Below are positions 59,071-64,000 of a stretch of DNA of 64,000 nt, piece by piece (the stretch's first letter is position 1; the number at the start of each line of letters is the position of its first letter). The position numbers were made by a program, and so were the translations under genes. The notes under the pieces are model-generated. The model searched no databases. It was not told where the DNA came from and worked only from the letters and a program-made list of their open reading frames with translations. Source of the stretch: Azolla caroliniana (lineage: Eukaryota; Plantae; Polypodiophyta); assembly GCA_043228905.1 (NCBI GenBank), contig JBHGNT010000004.1, forward strand, positions 1,736,001 to 1,800,000. The letters are read 5' to 3'.

Positions 59071-60371
59071 TGTCGCGTTGTAACGCGCGTGCGTGTAGAA
59101 AGGGGGGACCATAGGGGTCCTGGACTAGGGAGTGACGAAGCACAGGAAGTCGTGCTTCACCCTTTCCGAGGCACCCCAGGAGCACACCGGAAGCAACCGA
59201 ACGAGAGAGAGAAAGAGAGGGAGACAGAGAGGGAGCACGCGCTTGACGCCGACTCACGCAGACACACACACACGCCGACCCGACTCACGCCCTTATGTGC
59301 AGGAACACAAGAAAGGGGAAGCACCCGACACCAACAGAGACACGAATATACACAGACAGACGCAAATGTATGTATTACAAGGGAAAGAATACAACCCCCG
59401 GCTTCGAGCCGGACCAAGCTAGGGTAGGTTACAACAACAGTCTGCAGCCAAGCCGCCGTCCGGGGAGCTCTCGGGCTCGTCACGCAGAGCGGGGTCTTGC
59501 ACAGGAGACTGAGCAAGAACAACCCTCCATAGTCCACCCACACCGCGAAGAAGAGGAAGAAGAAGTAGAAGAACTAACCCTAAATCTAACGGTATACCCT
59601 CTAACACAAAATGGGCAACCCCTCTACAAGGGACCATCCCTTCCTTTTATAGAACAAGGAGAGGGATGCGTTACAATGTGGGATAAATCCCGATTTACAT
59701 GGGATTCTTCGTCCCGACTTGACTCCTATTATGCACACAATTACATGAGTGTGAGTGCACATGGTGCACCCCGTCGATGTAGCCAATATTTCCCGGTTTC
59801 CGCCTCTAGATGAAATTCTTCACGACATCCGCCCCCACCTAACCGCACGTCCACTGGTACGTGCCAAATCCGGTGAAGGGTGAGAGATTTCGGCCGGTGA
59901 GAAACCGGTCTTCTGTAATCCGCATCCCGGCTCGCTGCCGGTTTGAATCGTCGGCTTCGGTTCTCCCTTCGCGCTTACCTCTCCGTAGGCTCGTTCGACC
60001 CGTCGATGGGTCCTTCGTCGCGATCTCCGTAGTACGCGTACTTCCGTTGGCCCTTGTTCGGCCGTATGCGCGCTCTGTTCTCCGCCGTATGCCCAATGTC
60101 CTCCGCTTGAGGAACGCCCGTAGTACCGCGCTTGGCCTCCGTCGATCATTCGTGTTGTCCTGATTGTCGTCCCTTGTTGTTTCGCATTGCCTTCGTCCTC
60201 TCGCCGCCACCTTCCTTCTCCATGGTCTTATGTCGCCACATCGGCTCGAACCGCCATGGTCTCCAGAACGGTGTGGACAATCCTTCTTTGGCCTTCTACG
60301 CGCTACCTCCGAACCGCGCAACCCATCTTCGCGCTCGCCTTTACGCTCCACCACCTCCGTGTGCCGCATAC
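59071..60371 (-). mobile_element. 3' LTR (~59071-59827) plus adjacent internal region of an unassigned LTR retrotransposon
   Basis: Termini tgtcgcg / cacgaca; PPT (aggtgggggcgga on minus) next to 59828; left boundary uncertain (59071 or 59079). Confidence 0.65.
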
Positions 60372-63300
60372 TGTCGAATACATGTGTATAATGGACGTAT
60401 TCACACTATCCCGTTTTGGCCATTTATGTAATTAGCATAAAGGGTAGTTGCCCTAAGTCAATCACTATATATAGTGACCTTGTAACCTTTTTGTAAGGTT
60501 GGGTGTTGTATTATTACTTTGTGGAATAAGAAGTCTTTTGTGCCTCTCTCTCTCTCTCTCTCTCTGTGCACGACCTACAATCTGTCATACGCAGGTAATC
60601 AGCACGAATCGAATGCTTCTTGATCTTCCGCATTGACGACATTGTCTCCAACATCTGGTATCAGAGCCTGCACAGCAGTCGGTCCTTCAATCCGCTGTCG
60701 GCCGTCGTCTCTGCATTCGGTTTCCTGCGTCATTCGAAAAAGAGAGAAGAAGAACAAAAAAAAAAAAAAACGAGGTTTTGCACCTCATCGCGTTAGATCC
60801 TCTTGCTTGGAGTAAGCCATCAGGTTGTACTCTGTTCCTTGTGATCGTACCCGCTCGAGGTGAAATCCCCTTGTGTATCATTGACACGATCGTGCTCCAT
60901 TCGGTTAAACGGCATCCGAAGTAGTCAACAAACGCTGCTCGCCGCTCGTTGTAACCACTCGGTGCAGATCGGTCTCAAGACAACAACCCCAAATTCGTGC
61001 TTCATCTGGCTGATCGACATTCGGGAGGATCAGTTGGATCCGTCTCTCTCGTTGCTGCAGTCAACCGAAGCAGAATCGGTCCAGATAATCGGTTTCAATA
61101 ATCGGTATTCGGTATATATATCCGAAGCGAACCGGGCTCACTTCGACTCGGAACCATTCGGGAAGACCAGTCGGTTCTGTCCCTCAAGTTACCGGAGTCA
61201 ATTCGAGCAAGTTCAACAATACATATATCCGAAGCCGAACCGACTCGGGCTCAAATCCGACTAGAACGATATCGGGTGAGCCAACCGGCTGCACTCCAAC
61301 AAGGTTCGTAGTCAACTCCGAACCGAGCTTCGTCAACCGAAACCGAATTTGATGGCATCAACATCCGGCTCGTCAGAAATGAGTCTCCGAAAGTTCGATG
61401 GATCGAACTTCAACTTCTGGAAGGAACAAATGCAGGACTATCTCATAGTCAAGGGGCAAATCGATCCCATCGAAAATGAAGAACCTCCAGAAGGATACAA
61501 ACCAATTGAGTGGCAGAAGCTGGACAGAATCGTCCGCGCCACGATTCGGATGCACCTATCGGAATCGGTATACTTTACGGTGCAATCGTGTACGACAGCA
61601 TTCGAACTGTGGAAAACGCTGTCGGACACTTACGAAAAGAAGGTCGCCGCAACAAAGATGTTTCTGATCCGGCGCCTCTACAACTTGCGGATGAAAGAAT
61701 CCGATTCGGTTCAAGCACACCTCAATGAGTACGAAAGCATAAGCTCCCAAATCTCGTCACAGGGGACGGCAATCGAGGATGAACTCAGAGCAATGATACT
61801 CATGAGCAGCCTTCCCTCATCATGGGAAACTTTCGTCACAACCGTGTGCAACGCGTCAACCACGGCTGTTAAATACTCCGAAGTCACGAGCGCAATCCTG
61901 ACCGAAGCAGCTCGGAGAAAGTCTTTCGCCAAAGACTCAACAGACGACGCTTATGTAGTACAAGGTTCGACAGACCGATCGAACATACGAGGAAGAGCTT
62001 CCTCACGGCCGCCGAACAATCAACGAAGACGGAGCCAGTCACGGGATAACCGAATCTGCAACTATTGCAAGAAACCCGGACACATCAAAGCCGACTGCCG
62101 CACACTCAAGAACAAGAACAACAAGAAGAGTGGCCGGCATGAGGAGATCAATTACGTCAGCTTCTCAGCTGATGTGCTACCAGACGACCCGAATATACTA
62201 TCAATCGAAAATCCAGTCGGATCAGAAGTTCTACTCACGACTGAAGAATCGAGCACATGGCTCTTAGATTCGGGCGCGTCATTTCACGTGACTCCTCATC
62301 GATCCCAATTTCGGCAATATACGATCCGTCACTCCGACTCAGTTCGAGTCGGCAACTCACAACACTGTGACATCATCGGAATCGGCACAGTAGAGCTCAA
62401 CCTTGCAGGTGGCTCTACACTTGTACTCCACAATGTCCGACATGTACCCGAGCTCTCAAGGCCATTGATCTCAGTCGGACAACTAGATGAAGACGGCATT
62501 CGTGCCGGTTTTTCTTCGGGAGGGTGGACACTCCACAGGGGGAACCTCCTGCTTGCTAGAGGACCCAAGATACACTCCCTGTATCCGTTACATGTTACGC
62601 TCAGAGAGGGTAACCTGTTTTTGGTGGATATTCCTGTGTCATCACTATGGCACAGAAGATTAGGACACCTCAGCAAGGCCGGCATCACGCACCTATCTAG
62701 AGCCGGATACATCCCCAAACTCTCCTTCTCCGACCATCAATTCTGCGAGCATTGCCAGTATGGCAAACAAGTAGCCGCATCACACCCGACATCAGCACCA
62801 AGAGAAACGAGACCTCTCGATTTAGTCCACTCGGACGTCTGTGGCCCAATGCCGCATCAGTCTCTAGGCGGTGCCTCTTACTTCGTCACTTTTATTGACG
62901 ATTCGACTCGAAAGGTGTGGGCTTATCCGATTCGCACCAAAGATCGGGTCTTCTCGATCTTCTCAGACTGGCTCGCTATGGTAGAAAATCAAACCGACCG
63001 AAAGCTGAAATGCTTTCGGACAGACAATGGGGGAGAGTTCAAATCAGAAGAATTCGTCAAATTCTGCCAACAACACGGCATCCGACGTGAATTTACGGCA
63101 CCACACAGTCCGGAGCAAAACGGGATTGCCGAACGCATGAATCGGACAATCCAAGAACGGATAGTTTCCATGCTCCAACACTCCGGACTGTCGGATGGCT
63201 TCTGGGCAGAGGCTCTACTCACGGCAGTACACATAATCAATATGTCGCCAAGTAGACCTCTAGGACTTCAAATTCCTCAGGAACTATGGATCGGCAGTAA

Positions 63301-64000
63301 GCCGAATTACGACAAGTTGAGGATCTTCGGATGCGAGGCGTACGCCCTCATTCCGAAAGATGATCGCCGAAAACTTGCACCTCGGTCCAGGAAATGCATT
63401 TTCCTCGGATATGGATCCGACGGCGAAATGGGATACCGACTCTGGGATCCCGAACGCAGACAAATCGTCCGAAGTTCGGACGTTGTGTTCAACGAGTCGG
63501 CTATGAATCCATCAGTCGAAAAACCAATCGAAGTCCGAAGGGTAACATTTTCCGATGTGCCGACCCTTCAAGAAGGCCCCGCTCTCAACACACGGTCAGC
63601 TTCACGGGTAGCTGAACCTTACACTACCGACTCGGACAACTCCGACTCGGCACAGCAGAACAATCCGCTTTCGGACCATCCGACCTCGATACCCGATGCG
63701 ACCAGTCCAATCATACCTCGACGATCCGAGAGACTGTCGCAACCTCCGGAGAGGTACTCTCCTGGAATTTTCTTCACCGACGCCGGCGAACCGACGTCTT
63801 ACGAAGAAGCTTCGACATCTGTCGATTCAGCCACCTGGCATCTGGCGATGGAGTCGGAAATGCACTCCATTCGGGCAAACAAGACTTGGGATCTGGTCGA
63901 ATTACCCAGGAACCGACGTGCTCTTCCTTGCAAGTGGGTTTATCGACTAAAAGAGACGTCTGATTCGACCACCCCAAAGTACAAGGCCAGATTAGTTGCG
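60372..64000 (+). mobile_element. Second copy of the young Ty1/copia family, opposite orientation, runs off the window
   Basis: 5' LTR 60372-60653, PBS tggtatcagagc 60656-60667; internal sequence nearly identical to 50903-56409. Confidence 0.97.
61352..64000 (+). CDS. Copia Gag-Pol polyprotein (3' end outside window)
   Basis: ATG GCA TCA ACA TCC.. (MASTSGSSEM) as in the 1343-aa ORF; colinear apart from an in-frame 18-bp deletion after the CCHC knuckle; absent from the ORF track, probably because no stop lies in the window. Confidence 0.93.
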   Translation, partial: MASTSGSSEMSLRKFDGSNFNFWKEQMQDYLIVKGQIDPIENEEPPEGYKPIEWQKLDRIVRATIRMHLSESVYFTVQSCTTAFELWKTLSDTYEKKVAATKMFLIRRLYNLRMKESDSVQAHLNEYESISSQISSQGTAIEDELRAMILMSSLPSSWETFVTTVCNASTTAVKYSEVTSAILTEAARRKSFAKDSTDDAYVVQGSTDRSNIRGRASSRPPNNQRRRSQSRDNRICNYCKKPGHIKADCRTLKNKNNKKSGRHEEINYVSFSADVLPDDPNILSIENPVGSEVLLTTEESSTWLLDSGASFHVTPHRSQFRQYTIRHSDSVRVGNSQHCDIIGIGTVELNLAGGSTLVLHNVRHVPELSRPLISVGQLDEDGIRAGFSSGGWTLHRGNLLLARGPKIHSLYPLHVTLREGNLFLVDIPVSSLWHRRLGHLSKAGITHLSRAGYIPKLSFSDHQFCEHCQYGKQVAASHPTSAPRETRPLDLVHSDVCGPMPHQSLGGASYFVTFIDDSTRKVWAYPIRTKDRVFSIFSDWLAMVENQTDRKLKCFRTDNGGEFKSEEFVKFCQQHGIRREFTAPHSPEQNGIAERMNRTIQERIVSMLQHSGLSDGFWAEALLTAVHIINMSPSRPLGLQIPQELWIGSKPNYDKLRIFGCEAYALIPKDDRRKLAPRSRKCIFLGYGSDGEMGYRLWDPERRQIVRSSDVVFNESAMNPSVEKPIEVRRVTFSDVPTLQEGPALNTRSASRVAEPYTTDSDNSDSAQQNNPLSDHPTSIPDATSPIIPRRSERLSQPPERYSPGIFFTDAGEPTSYEEASTSVDSATWHLAMESEMHSIRANKTWDLVELPRNRRALPCKWVYRLKETSDSTTPKYKARLVA

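Overview
Eukaryotic (land-plant, probably non-seed such as a fern; inference from the TE content) genomic DNA with two halves. 1-33.7 kb is a head-to-tail tandem array of a 20-exon LRR receptor-like kinase (RD kinase). It holds a 5'-truncated-by-window copy (1-4873), two complete, apparently intact copies (10954-19522, 22856-29995) and two relics (7710-8928; 33225-33674). 33.7-64 kb is a nest of retroelements: several Ty1/copia elements (one intact and very young, plus a sibling in opposite orientation), a chromodomain Ty3/gypsy element, a 5'-truncated RTE-X-like LINE, solo LTRs and hAT MITEs, most with readable TSDs. The most notable observations are: (1) an in-frame 7x39-bp Cys-rich expansion in the juxtamembrane ectodomain of only one receptor paralog; (2) exon-by-exon mosaic divergence of LRR exons between paralogs; (3) a gypsy element lacking a tRNA PBS but carrying a Tf1-type self-priming signature; (4) a TSD-less, probably chimeric copia marking a deletion of the rest of the fourth receptor; (5) a 142-codon open frame behind the LINE stop codon. 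All exon boundaries and difference counts were read by eye and should be confirmed computationally.
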